A stretch of 64,000 nucleotides of DNA from a virus: positions 2,806 through 66,805 of IMG/VR virus record IMGVR_UViG_3300047548_000297, one strand, 5' to 3'. Under the pieces are notes generated by a model, which did no database searches, was not told the origin of the DNA, and was given only the letters and a program-made list of their open reading frames with translations. The translations under genes and the position numbers were made by a program. Within the stretch, counting starts at the first letter, position 1, and every line of letters starts with the position of its first letter. This document shows positions 1 through 8,788 of this stretch, piece after piece.

Positions 1-1
1 A

Positions 2-343
2 TGCTCATTAGGAGTTCCATGCGTAGCTATTCTTGGTACTCATTCATGGTCTGATAGAAAGACAGCTATTTTATCCTATGTAGGTGTAGATAGGGTAATA
101 TCCTGCTTCGATGGTGACTTAGCTGGTAAGACTGCTAGTAGACTTATCGTTCATGGAGAACGTGTTCTTGAAGACAAATCTGTTGTAAAAGTTTCAGGAT
201 TTGAACCTATAAATACTGCGTTTGATGTGAAAGAAGTAAAACTCTGGAATATGCCAATACCTGAGGATCATATTGAAGATAAACTGGACCCAGGTAATAT
301 ACCTATGTCCATAGTAAAAAAGATAAAGAAACTTCTCGTATAG
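2..343 (+). CDS. DNA primase, TOPRIM C-terminal part (5'-truncated by window edge)
   Basis: Frame 2 reads ...CVAILGTHSWS...VISCFDGDLAGK...KLDPGN...LLV* (TAG 341-343). The DxD and DPG motifs are typical of DnaG-type TOPRIM domains. Not in the ORF track. Confidence 0.8.
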   Translation, partial: CSLGVPCVAILGTHSWSDRKTAILSYVGVDRVISCFDGDLAGKTASRLIVHGERVLEDKSVVKVSGFEPINTAFDVKEVKLWNMPIPEDHIEDKLDPGNIPMSIVKKIKKLLV

Positions 344-353
344 AAGAAAATCA

Positions 354-363
354 ACACTGTTAA
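354..363 (+). promoter_or_regulatory. ACTGTTAA promoter-like motif, followed by an 11-bp hairpin
   Basis: ACACTGTTAA is intergenic. The same core recurs at 5481, 8124, 18004 (CTGTTAA), 51825 and 63079(-). Confidence 0.55.
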
Positions 364-449
364 GGATCTATGTCTTATTAGGGGCTCTATAAGATATAGC
401 CAATACCAACCCACAAAGAGCCTGATTGATAGTTACGAAAGAACGAACC

Positions 450-1022
450 ATGCAAACCGTAAACAGCTTTAGCGCACTAAGCACACTTCTAAGCACCCGT
501 GCTCCTGCACCTGTTCAAGTAGAACAGCCTTCAAATAACGCTGAACGCCAGCATCCACCTACTGATTTCCTTAAGGCTTCGGTAGTGTTTAAGCCGGAAG
601 ATGATGCAGGATTTCCAGGTAGTATTTCTCACATCGAATTCTCGTTCAAGGACGATTCCATTCGGCCACGTATCATGAATCGTATTCATCTATACGATGC
701 TTTTGCCGAATCTCTACGTGAGTACGGGGACAGTATTAGTTCTGCTAACTTTGCCGTGCGTTATGGTTCGCAGGTTCAACTAGAGAACATGCCATTTCTA
801 CATAGTAATGTAAGTCTTGTTTCCGTATTTGACCCATTGCAGACCATGCGTGATCCTGTAGTAGAGCTTCTAAAGAACGGTAGCATTGTACTTATTGCAG
901 TACCTTCACAAAGTTATCATTTTAAGTCACGCGCTGCCGCAAACACTAGTAGCTTCCGAACGGTTCGCCATAAGGCCGGTAAGAAGGCTAGCAAGGAAGC
1001 ATCCGGTGTAAAGGCTGAGTAA
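450..1022 (+). CDS. hypothetical protein
   Basis: Long ORF with typical codon usage. ATG at 450 is preferred over TTG at 426. A terminator follows. Confidence 0.75.
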   Translation: MQTVNSFSALSTLLSTRAPAPVQVEQPSNNAERQHPPTDFLKASVVFKPEDDAGFPGSISHIEFSFKDDSIRPRIMNRIHLYDAFAESLREYGDSISSANFAVRYGSQVQLENMPFLHSNVSLVSVFDPLQTMRDPVVELLKNGSIVLIAVPSQSYHFKSRAAANTSSFRTVRHKAGKKASKEASGVKAE

Positions 1023-1027
1023 ACAAT

Positions 1028-1058
1028 AAAAGCCGGGCGTAATTCGTCCCGGCTTTTT
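1028..1058 (+). terminator. intrinsic terminator
   Basis: AAAAGCCGGG...CCCGGCTTTTT stem with U-tract. Confidence 0.8.
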
Positions 1059-1062
1059 GTAC

Positions 1063-1677
1063 ATGAGAATGACAAAAATGGTAAAACTACAAGAAGTAGA
1101 GAATAAATACAAAGAGCTGGACGTATTAATGTTTTCGCTAAAAAAGTTTATAGAAAACTTTATATATAAGAATGAAGTGCTGGCGGATAAGTTTGATAAG
1201 ATTAGGTCTAATCAGCAGGCCACGCTAGAACTAATGGTTGGGCAGGCTAGCAAGAGTATTAGCGTGGACGTAGGCGATGAACGCCTTAGTGACATTGATG
1301 TAGCAGTTACTAGATTTAGTCCACATGAACTTGTACGTCGAGCTACAGCCAAGAAGCTAGCTAGAAAGCTACTTCAAAAGTATCATCCTGATAAGTCTGA
1401 AACTGGTTCAGCTGAGATTTTTAATATAATACGGCGTGCATCCAAGGAAGGTGATGTAGAGCTTATTAATCTTTACCTGCACAAGGAAGGATTTGCTGCT
1501 GATAGTCTAGACTCTGTGTACGCTAGTATATCAAGCAGAGTAGAACGTCTAAAGGGAACTCCTCTTATGCTATGTGCTCGTATGTTCATGGCTAACAGCG
1601 TAGACACACTACTAAGAACTAATACTACTCTTGATAACATTATTTATACTTCTAGTCCGTTTAAGGAAAATAGATGA
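1063..1677 (+). CDS. J-domain (DnaJ-like) protein
   Basis: ARKLLQKYHPDK...AEIFNII contains the HPD motif with flanking helices, preceded by a coiled coil. Start is uncertain (1063/1069/1078). Confidence 0.7.
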   Translation: MRMTKMVKLQEVENKYKELDVLMFSLKKFIENFIYKNEVLADKFDKIRSNQQATLELMVGQASKSISVDVGDERLSDIDVAVTRFSPHELVRRATAKKLARKLLQKYHPDKSETGSAEIFNIIRRASKEGDVELINLYLHKEGFAADSLDSVYASISSRVERLKGTPLMLCARMFMANSVDTLLRTNTTLDNIIYTSSPFKENR

Positions 1678-2687
1678 AAGCTGCACCTAAAGACTACGTT
1701 GTTGTAAACTGTGCCGAAGATGAAACGAAACCAAAGTACAAACTACTAAGGGTAACGTCCAGTAACAACGGAGAGATCATAGGAGTTGACCAGAAGCAGC
1801 CGCATATCGAACGTGAGATAGTTGAGGTGACTTCTCCTAAAGTAATTCTAAATCTTGGGCAGACTCCATATCCAGGTATCTATCTAGGTCTTAGTACAAA
1901 GAGCCTATACCGTAGGTCTATGGAGTCTGCCATTGGGACAGTTCATATTATGTGCGGAATTAAAAAGTCAGAATTCGAGGTATTTAACGAATCAGCTGAA
2001 CGTTTCAAGACTTGGCTTGTAAATAATAAACTGGACTTTATACTTAATGACGATATTATTCTTGAACTAGTGTCATCAACAGGCAAGTATGCGGGTATGT
2101 ATCATACTAAGTCAAAAAGCTTAGCTAACCCAAAGATAACTTTTAGCTACGAGAAGTTGTTTGAAGAAGGTGCCAGCATCGATTACGTGATTGCACATGA
2201 ATTTGGGCATCATATAGACTTTACCTATATAAACGAGCATGATAAAGCTAGATCTTCTTGGGTATCTCTGTTCAAAGAATCTACAGAGGCTCCATTAGTA
2301 GAAAAGAAGTTCATTGCTGAGTGCATGGAGCGTATTGTAGCTTCTGATGTGAACTGCCTAAAAGACGTTGTTACAGAGTTAGATGCAGAAGAAGTTCCAC
2401 TGTTCAAGCACATTTGCAAATGGATCGTTAAAAATCGTAAGCTTAAGATTCAAGACATTGACTCTCTGCTAAAAGACAAAGACTACGACTCGGTACGAGA
2501 TATCTGGCCCAAGCAAGCTATTGCCTATAGTAATCTAAAGCCTTTAGTTTCGGAGTATGCTTGTGTCTCTAGCCGAGAACTATTGGCTGAGTCCTTTGCT
2601 TTTAAGGTTGGTGGTAAAAAACTGCCATCTAGGGTAGAAACACTACTAGATAAGAGCCTATCCCTAGCGCGTAGGCTAAGTAAATAA
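1674..2687 (+). CDS. zincin-like metallopeptidase
   Basis: VIAHEFGH (HExxH) plus a distal SEYA...RELLAESFA third-ligand motif. Confidence 0.7.
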   Translation: MKAAPKDYVVVNCAEDETKPKYKLLRVTSSNNGEIIGVDQKQPHIEREIVEVTSPKVILNLGQTPYPGIYLGLSTKSLYRRSMESAIGTVHIMCGIKKSEFEVFNESAERFKTWLVNNKLDFILNDDIILELVSSTGKYAGMYHTKSKSLANPKITFSYEKLFEEGASIDYVIAHEFGHHIDFTYINEHDKARSSWVSLFKESTEAPLVEKKFIAECMERIVASDVNCLKDVVTELDAEEVPLFKHICKWIVKNRKLKIQDIDSLLKDKDYDSVRDIWPKQAIAYSNLKPLVSEYACVSSRELLAESFAFKVGGKKLPSRVETLLDKSLSLARRLSK

Positions 2688-2699
2688 CTCGTAATCGAG

Positions 2700-2708
2700 C
2701 AATTTTAT
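2700..2708 (+). promoter_or_regulatory. CAATTT promoter-like motif
   Basis: CAATTTTAT lies about 35 nt before nrdB. The same core sits before several other operon starts. Confidence 0.45.
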
Positions 2709-2740
2709 CTCCCTGTCATCTAACTTTTAGGTATATTAAA

Positions 2741-3781
2741 ATGTCAAGTGCGCAAAATGGTCTAGTTCGAGCCTATACGGATAGATCAGACTCTGTTGTT
2801 GAGGTGTTTAAAGAGTATTCTGACCTAGCCAACAGCCAGCTACACGCTCTATGGTTTCCAGACGAGATCCAAGTAGACAAAGATAAGCAGTGTATTCTTA
2901 CTGAAATGACTACTGCTGAAAGGCACGGTGTCATTACTGCACTCAAGTTGTTCACAATGTACGAGGTTAGGGCTGGAAAAGACTACTGGGCTGATCGTTT
3001 CTTACGAATTGCCAAGGGGCCAGAGTTTGACCGAATGGGAGCCGTATTTTCTATGGTAGAACGGTCTATTCACAAGCCATTCTATCAGAAGCTAAACGAG
3101 GTTCTAGGGCTAGATACTGATGAGTTCTATGATTCATACGTAAATACTCCAGTTCTAAAGGCTCGTATGGAATTCATTAGCGAGATTCTAGGTCATCCAA
3201 ATGATCTTGTTTCTCTAGGTGGGTTCTCCATGGTTGAGGGTGGTATCTTGTATAGTACTTTTGGCTATCTAAAACACTTCAATGCTAACGGCAAGAACAA
3301 AATCAAGACTACTGGAAGTGGAATTAATTTCTCCGTATCTGACGAGTCCTTGCATCAACAGGCAGGTGCCAAGTATTTCCGTCATTTAACATCTGATGCT
3401 ATGCAAGATGGTGTGTATGAACAGCTATTTGGAGATAAAGCCGAAGTAAAAGACACACTTGAAAAGGTAGCTAGAACTATCTACGAGCACGAGGCTCAAA
3501 TTATTGATATGTTGTTCGAGAAGGGTGAACTAGATAGCCTAACTCCTGGTGAACTACGAGTATTCGTTCAATCTAGACTTAATTTGTGCTTAAAGGACTT
3601 AGGTCTTGATCCTATTTTTGAAATCGTAGAAGGATCTAATACCATTGCAGAATGGTTTTATGATAATATTAATGGTTATCAGTCTGTTGATTTCTTTTCC
3701 CAGACCGGAAATCAATATACTCGTAATTGGAACGAAGACGATTTTGAGTTTAAGGCTTTTGAAGAAAAGGAAGTTGCATAA
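2741..3781 (+). CDS. nrdB: ribonucleotide reductase class I beta subunit
   Basis: WFPDEI, ERSIH..FY, VEGGILYSTF, DESLH and DFF motifs of the R2 ferritin fold; abuts nrdA. Confidence 0.95.
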   Translation: MSSAQNGLVRAYTDRSDSVVEVFKEYSDLANSQLHALWFPDEIQVDKDKQCILTEMTTAERHGVITALKLFTMYEVRAGKDYWADRFLRIAKGPEFDRMGAVFSMVERSIHKPFYQKLNEVLGLDTDEFYDSYVNTPVLKARMEFISEILGHPNDLVSLGGFSMVEGGILYSTFGYLKHFNANGKNKIKTTGSGINFSVSDESLHQQAGAKYFRHLTSDAMQDGVYEQLFGDKAEVKDTLEKVARTIYEHEAQIIDMLFEKGELDSLTPGELRVFVQSRLNLCLKDLGLDPIFEIVEGSNTIAEWFYDNINGYQSVDFFSQTGNQYTRNWNEDDFEFKAFEEKEVA

Positions 3782-5934
3782 TGGCTGATCTAACAAACAA
3801 CCTATACGAAAAGTTATCCGCTGAGCGCAAGCAGCTACAGAAGGAAGGACGACTTCCTAACTGGTATCTGACAGGTGGATGGTCCATGTTCAAGCAGAAG
3901 TATTTGTACGAGGCAACTGATGTACGAGCCCAGTTCCAGCGTATTGCTAAAACTGCTGCTAAACACCTAATCGATATTGGAGTAGATACAGTCAAGGAAG
4001 CAGAAAATAAGTTCTTTGAAATGCTGTGGTCAGGAGTACTTTCAGCCTCGACTCCAGTTCTTTCCAACACTGGCACTAATCGTGGTCTACCAGTATCTTG
4101 TCAAGGTAGTTACATTCCTGACTCTATCGATGGAATCTACGAAGGAAAACGTGAACTAGCGCTTCATACCAAGCATGGTTTTGGTACGTCAGCATACTTA
4201 GGAGATATTCGTTCACGCGGAACTCGTATTTCCATTGGCGGTAAAGCAGAAGGAATTCTGCCTGTACTAAAGGGACTTATCAATGACTCTCAGTACGTAA
4301 GCCAAGGTAATACTCGTAGAGGAAGCGTTGCTGCTTATCTACCTTTTGATCATGCGGACTTTGACGAGATTATTGACTTCGTAACTGCTACTCCAGAAGA
4401 CGCTAATATTGGATTTAATTTCTCAGCTGCAAATATTGGTAAGCTAGAAGCTCAAGACCCAGAACTAGTTCGTAGGTTTAAGCGTCTAATGAAGATGAAG
4501 ATGGTTACAGGCAGAGGATACTTGAGTTTCATTGATAAAATGAACAAACTTGCTCCTACTGCTATCAAGAACTCAGGAGTTCCCATTGTCGCCAGTAACC
4601 TATGTGTTGCTGGAGATACGATGCTACTTACTGATACAGGTGAGTTTCCAATCTCTGAGCTAGTAGGCACCACAGTTAACGTGTGGAACGGAATTAGGTT
4701 TACACCAGCACTAGTTGCCAAGACTGGCGAGAACCAAAAGCTGCTAGAAATCAAGCTTGAATCTTATGATTTATCATATACTCTCACTGAAACCAGTATC
4801 AAGTGCACTCCATATCATAAATTCTACGATGAATGGGGTGACGTAGTAACTGCTGGTGAACTTGTTAGAGATGAATACCTACAACCTTTCTTCCTTCCAA
4901 AGGAAGAGGGTACCGTTATCGATAACGGCTATCGTCATTTCAAGGTTGTTAGTATTGATCAGATCGATAACGCTGATACATACTGCGTAAACGAGCCAAC
5001 AGAACACAAGGCAGTATTTAACGGAGTGCTAACGGGTAACTGTAACGAAATCGCTCTTCCCTCAAATGATGAATATTCTTTTGTCTGCGTTCTATCATCG
5101 ATGAACCTGGTTCATTGGGATCGACTAAAGACTTCTGACGATATTTTCTGGGCTACTATTTTCCTAGACTGTATCAATTCCGAGTTTATCAGTAAGGCAA
5201 AGCACATTCCTGGCCTAGAAAAGTCAGTTAAATTTGCTCAGGACTTTGCTGCGCTTGGGCTAGGTGCATGCGGTCTGCATACTTTGTTCCAGCAAAAGAT
5301 GATTCCATGGGAGTCTTTCCAGGCGCACCAGCTAAACAACGAAATCTTTGCTCGAATGGATTCCGAGTCACGTAGAGCCTCAGAATGGTTAGCAGAAAAG
5401 CGCGGCTGTGTTAAGTTTACTGAAGGTACTGGTATGCGTAATGCTACCAGAATTGCTATAGCCCCAACGAAATCTACAGCACTGTTAATGGGTGGAGTCA
5501 GTGAGGGCATCAATCCAGATCCTGCTATGACTTATACTCAGGCTTCGGCAGGTGGCGATCTTCTACGAGTAAATGCTCTTATTCTTTCCCGCATGCGTGA
5601 ACGTGGTGCGTACAAAAAGAGCGAATTTGACTTTATCAATGCAGCCAGCGGAAGCGTTCAGCACGTAAGCTGGCTAACTGACGAAGAAAAAGAAGTATTT
5701 AAGACTGCGTTCGAGATCAATATGGAGTCAGTAATCCGTATGGCTTCAGCTCGTCAGCGCCATATTGATCAAGGCCAGAGCTTGAACCTATACTTCTCAG
5801 CCAACGAAGATCCTAGGTGGATTGCACACATTCATCGTATGGCTATGCTGGATGAACGAATCAAGGGCCTATACTATGTGTACAGTACACGTACCCTAAA
5901 AGGTGCTTCGCGCGAGTGCGTAGCTTGTCAGTAA
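3781..5934 (+). CDS. nrdA: ribonucleotide reductase class I alpha subunit, intein-containing, no ATP cone
   Basis: STPVLSN, PVSC, SNL[intein]CNEI, VCVLSS, IAPT, DQGQSLN, KGLYY and C-terminal CVACQ. Confidence 0.95.
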   Translation: MADLTNNLYEKLSAERKQLQKEGRLPNWYLTGGWSMFKQKYLYEATDVRAQFQRIAKTAAKHLIDIGVDTVKEAENKFFEMLWSGVLSASTPVLSNTGTNRGLPVSCQGSYIPDSIDGIYEGKRELALHTKHGFGTSAYLGDIRSRGTRISIGGKAEGILPVLKGLINDSQYVSQGNTRRGSVAAYLPFDHADFDEIIDFVTATPEDANIGFNFSAANIGKLEAQDPELVRRFKRLMKMKMVTGRGYLSFIDKMNKLAPTAIKNSGVPIVASNLCVAGDTMLLTDTGEFPISELVGTTVNVWNGIRFTPALVAKTGENQKLLEIKLESYDLSYTLTETSIKCTPYHKFYDEWGDVVTAGELVRDEYLQPFFLPKEEGTVIDNGYRHFKVVSIDQIDNADTYCVNEPTEHKAVFNGVLTGNCNEIALPSNDEYSFVCVLSSMNLVHWDRLKTSDDIFWATIFLDCINSEFISKAKHIPGLEKSVKFAQDFAALGLGACGLHTLFQQKMIPWESFQAHQLNNEIFARMDSESRRASEWLAEKRGCVKFTEGTGMRNATRIAIAPTKSTALLMGGVSEGINPDPAMTYTQASAGGDLLRVNALILSRMRERGAYKKSEFDFINAASGSVQHVSWLTDEEKEVFKTAFEINMESVIRMASARQRHIDQGQSLNLYFSANEDPRWIAHIHRMAMLDERIKGLYYVYSTRTLKGASRECVACQ
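4603..5040 (+). mobile_element. mini-intein (146 aa, no homing endonuclease) in the NrdA active-site NLCxEI motif
   Basis: Starts CVAGDT, has block B CTPYH, ends FNGVLTGN, and is followed by +1 Cys. Removal restores SNLCNEI. Confidence 0.93.
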
Positions 5935-5942
5935 CTCTAAGT

Positions 5943-5958
5943 GGGGCTTCGGCCCCTT
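5943..5958 (+). terminator. cUUCGg tetraloop hairpin after nrdA (terminator or stabiliser)
   Basis: GGGGC-TTCG-GCCCC followed by TT. Confidence 0.6.
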
Positions 5959-5970
5959 GTAGGAAAGTCT

Positions 5971-6363
5971 ATGCTAAGTCTTCGCACTATACTTAGGGCT
6001 ACGCCACCAGAAAACATGAATGGATCTGGTTCTGTAGTTCTAGAATCCGTTCGTATTGGAGTTTCAAAAACTACAGGAAACGGCAAAGGCGTGTGTCGAG
6101 CGCACACGCCTAAAGAAACAAACGTAAAATATACTACTTCCGTGGAATTCAAAGGCCGAGGACCAGAAGCAGAAGTTTTGGTAACATGCTCGTGTCCAGA
6201 TCACATGTATAGGTGGGAAGTTGCCCTAACTAAAAAAGGTGGGAGCAAAGTCCTATATAGTAATGGTGAGAAGCCAGTAGTACAAAATCCAAAAGAGTTA
6301 AGTGGTTGCTGTAAACATGTATTTGCTTTTATAAAACTTCTGCAACGAAAGGGGGTTATGTAA
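5971..6363 (+). CDS. SWIM zinc-finger protein
   Basis: CSCPD...CCKH (CxC-xn-CxH). ATG 5971 follows AGGA; the GTG at 5941 overlaps the hairpin. Confidence 0.75.
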   Translation: MLSLRTILRATPPENMNGSGSVVLESVRIGVSKTTGNGKGVCRAHTPKETNVKYTTSVEFKGRGPEAEVLVTCSCPDHMYRWEVALTKKGGSKVLYSNGEKPVVQNPKELSGCCKHVFAFIKLLQRKGVM

Positions 6364-7389
6364 GTGGCCACACCACGATCAGCAGGAAGTAAACAGAAAG
6401 TTAATACATCGTCAAAGGTATTCTCTGACCTAAAGGATACTAGGGAGAAGATTCAAGGAAACTTGACTACGGCTCAGTATCTAAGAACTTATGACATACT
6501 GCTGTACACTGCGATGCGTGGAATAGTAGAACATACTAATTTCTTTGATACTTACCTAATACGTTTGCTTGGGTGGCAGGAAGTTAACCATCGACGGAAA
6601 GTTTCGTTTCTTAAACGAACTGAACTACCTAGACTAGTTATTAATTTTCTTCTGCAAGATACGCCAGAAGCTAGATTCATAGCTATAAAGCAGCTTAAGC
6701 TAGACAGAGGTTTACGTGTAGAAATAATACGTGCATTCGTAGCTAGCCTATCCAAGTACTTAGCCTGCTGTAATTTGAATAGCGAGCTTAGTTTAGCTGA
6801 GTCAATTGAGTATAAAGCTCAGGTAGAAAAAGAGTATAACTACCCTGATCTATATAAACTATGTGTTGAGTCCTCCCTATGGCTAGACCGGGCCTTGGAG
6901 TTCAAGTCCATGATACAAGAGAAGTATATTCGCTTGTGTCTAGTAACAGCTCAACGAGATCATGCTACTTTCTTTTCTGGATCTATTGATCTAGACGACG
7001 TAATTCATACTTATTTTATAGCATGCAGTCGAGCTATTGACAAGTGTGACGGTGATGCTGGAACACTAACTACACATATTCAGAACTGGTTCTTCACCGC
7101 AAGAGAATCAGTTTGGGGCCAAAAGAATAAAACCAAACAAGTGTCTATGGATGCCTTTCTACAAAGACAAGAATCCACAGACTACGGAGAAGGTTTAGAC
7201 GATGTAGACGAAGACGATGTGACCGTGCATTCTAGGGAACAAGAGCTAGAACATGATCATGAAGCACGTCAAATGTCAGCACTAGCGAAGATAGCTGACC
7301 CTCACGGTGCTGCTAGACTACTGCTAGGAATACCTGAGTTTTTAACCGAAGCCGAGCTTAAGAAGCTCAACAAACTAGTTAAGGAATAA
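6364..7389 (+). CDS. sigma70-like RNA polymerase sigma factor
   Basis: YIRLCLVTAQR...IDLDDVIH...SRAIDKCD...GTLTTHIQNW resembles region 2, and QVSMD resembles region 3. No clear region 4 HTH. Confidence 0.7.
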   Translation: MATPRSAGSKQKVNTSSKVFSDLKDTREKIQGNLTTAQYLRTYDILLYTAMRGIVEHTNFFDTYLIRLLGWQEVNHRRKVSFLKRTELPRLVINFLLQDTPEARFIAIKQLKLDRGLRVEIIRAFVASLSKYLACCNLNSELSLAESIEYKAQVEKEYNYPDLYKLCVESSLWLDRALEFKSMIQEKYIRLCLVTAQRDHATFFSGSIDLDDVIHTYFIACSRAIDKCDGDAGTLTTHIQNWFFTARESVWGQKNKTKQVSMDAFLQRQESTDYGEGLDDVDEDDVTVHSREQELEHDHEARQMSALAKIADPHGAARLLLGIPEFLTEAELKKLNKLVKE

Positions 7390-7391
7390 AC

Positions 7392-8096
7392 ATGAACAAG
7401 TTTCTACTAATCGCCCAGACACAGAGTGAAGTCAACAAGAAGATGATTGGGGCCGAAGACTGGATTGCAGAAGCCCTAAAACCAGAGCGCAACATTAACT
7501 ACCAACTAGCTATTCTTGACGAGGCTGTTGAGTTTATGCGCTCGGCTATCGCCTTTAAGTGGTGGGCTAAGAACGAACTTGATGCTGATAACGCTGTAGT
7601 AGAACTAGTTGATATTCTTCACTTTCTTACCTCCCTAGGTATCGTTAATACTGGAAGTGTAGAAAAATGCGCAGAAGAAATGGAAGCAACGCTAGTTGAG
7701 GTAAACAAACTGCAGGGGGAGACTATTGAATCTGATATTGTTCCAGCGCTACTAGGTTTTATTAATGTACTAGCTACTACTGGTATTGAAGTTCCAAGAT
7801 ACGAGGACGAAGAGTCTTCTGATACAGAATCACTATGGTATCATTTTTGGATGCTATGTCGATGTGCAGGAGCTAGTATTGAAACGGTTATTTCCATGTA
7901 CCGTAGTAAAGCAGTGCTGAATAAGTTCCGTACTACGATGGGGTATAAGCTTGGTACTTATCGTAAGACTTGGCTTGATGGTAAGGAAGATAATTGGTAT
8001 CTTACCAACTTCCTAAAGTCTGTAATGAATGGAAACGGTAATGTATACCCAGGAGACGAAGTTCTAGAGAATTTCCTGTACAGTAACTACCGATAA
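7392..8096 (+). CDS. dimeric (all-alpha) dUTPase
   Basis: DEAVEF, FKWW, VELVDILHF, Y..KAVLNKFR, GYK.GTY.K.W..KEDN are Campylobacter/Trypanosoma-type dUTPase motifs. Confidence 0.88.
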   Translation: MNKFLLIAQTQSEVNKKMIGAEDWIAEALKPERNINYQLAILDEAVEFMRSAIAFKWWAKNELDADNAVVELVDILHFLTSLGIVNTGSVEKCAEEMEATLVEVNKLQGETIESDIVPALLGFINVLATTGIEVPRYEDEESSDTESLWYHFWMLCRCAGASIETVISMYRSKAVLNKFRTTMGYKLGTYRKTWLDGKEDNWYLTNFLKSVMNGNGNVYPGDEVLENFLYSNYR

Positions 8097-8121
8097 AAAG
8101 CTCAATATACGAGCGAATCTA

Positions 8122-8164
8122 ACACTGTTAAGGGGTATGGTACGGTGGGTCCGCTACCATACTC
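8122..8164 (+). promoter_or_regulatory. ACTGTTAA promoter-like motif plus leader hairpin
   Basis: ACACTGTTAA, then a GGGTATGGTA...TACCATACTC stem. Confidence 0.55.
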
Positions 8165-8196
8165 TCAATACGTGAACCTGTAATAGAAAGAGCAAA

Positions 8197-8763
8197 ATGA
8201 CAATTATCCGAAATAACGAAAACAACCTACACATTTATCATGTACGTAACTACGATTCTGAAGGCGTAGTAGAGTTCAACGGTGGTAGCACTCTAGCATT
8301 TTATGTTCAGCCTAAAGGACGTAGTACCGTAGTCATGTACGGTCTATCCCGCTGTCATGCTAATGACGGTTTTGATCGTAAGATCGGTCGAGATCTAGCT
8401 ATCGTTCGTTTGAGCGAAGCGCCAACTACCTTGATTACGGATTTCCCGTCTAAGTTCCTTGTGTCCAAGAAACTAGAGTCTGATAATAGTACAGATGCTG
8501 ATGTAGCCACAGTTGCTAACTATCGACTACCTAGCAGCAAGGTAATTCTTACATTGTTTGCTAATCTTATTCTTGAACATTATGCTCAAGAACTACAGGA
8601 CAAGGCGTTTAGCATGTATACTAATGACCTGTATGATGATGTTGATAGTCTAGAAGGCGAGCAGATTATCGATGCTGAACATGCTAAGTCGGTAGTACAT
8701 AGCAGCAAGAACTTCATTCCTAGTCTAGGTAATGGTGCTACTGAGCACGATCCACTAGTTTAA
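8197..8763 (+). CDS. hypothetical protein with GxSxCxxxDxFDRxIGxxLA motif
   Basis: GLSRCHANDGFDRKIGRDLA is a motif common in phage proteins. Confidence 0.7.
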   Translation: MTIIRNNENNLHIYHVRNYDSEGVVEFNGGSTLAFYVQPKGRSTVVMYGLSRCHANDGFDRKIGRDLAIVRLSEAPTTLITDFPSKFLVSKKLESDNSTDADVATVANYRLPSSKVILTLFANLILEHYAQELQDKAFSMYTNDLYDDVDSLEGEQIIDAEHAKSVVHSSKNFIPSLGNGATEHDPLV

Positions 8764-8788
8764 TTAATCTAAGTAAAGGAAATAAAAC

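Noticed and set aside
351-400. Twister-like ribozyme suggested by AACACTG plus a hairpin
   Set aside because: The other conserved twister elements and pseudoknots are not found; position before genes fits a promoter better.
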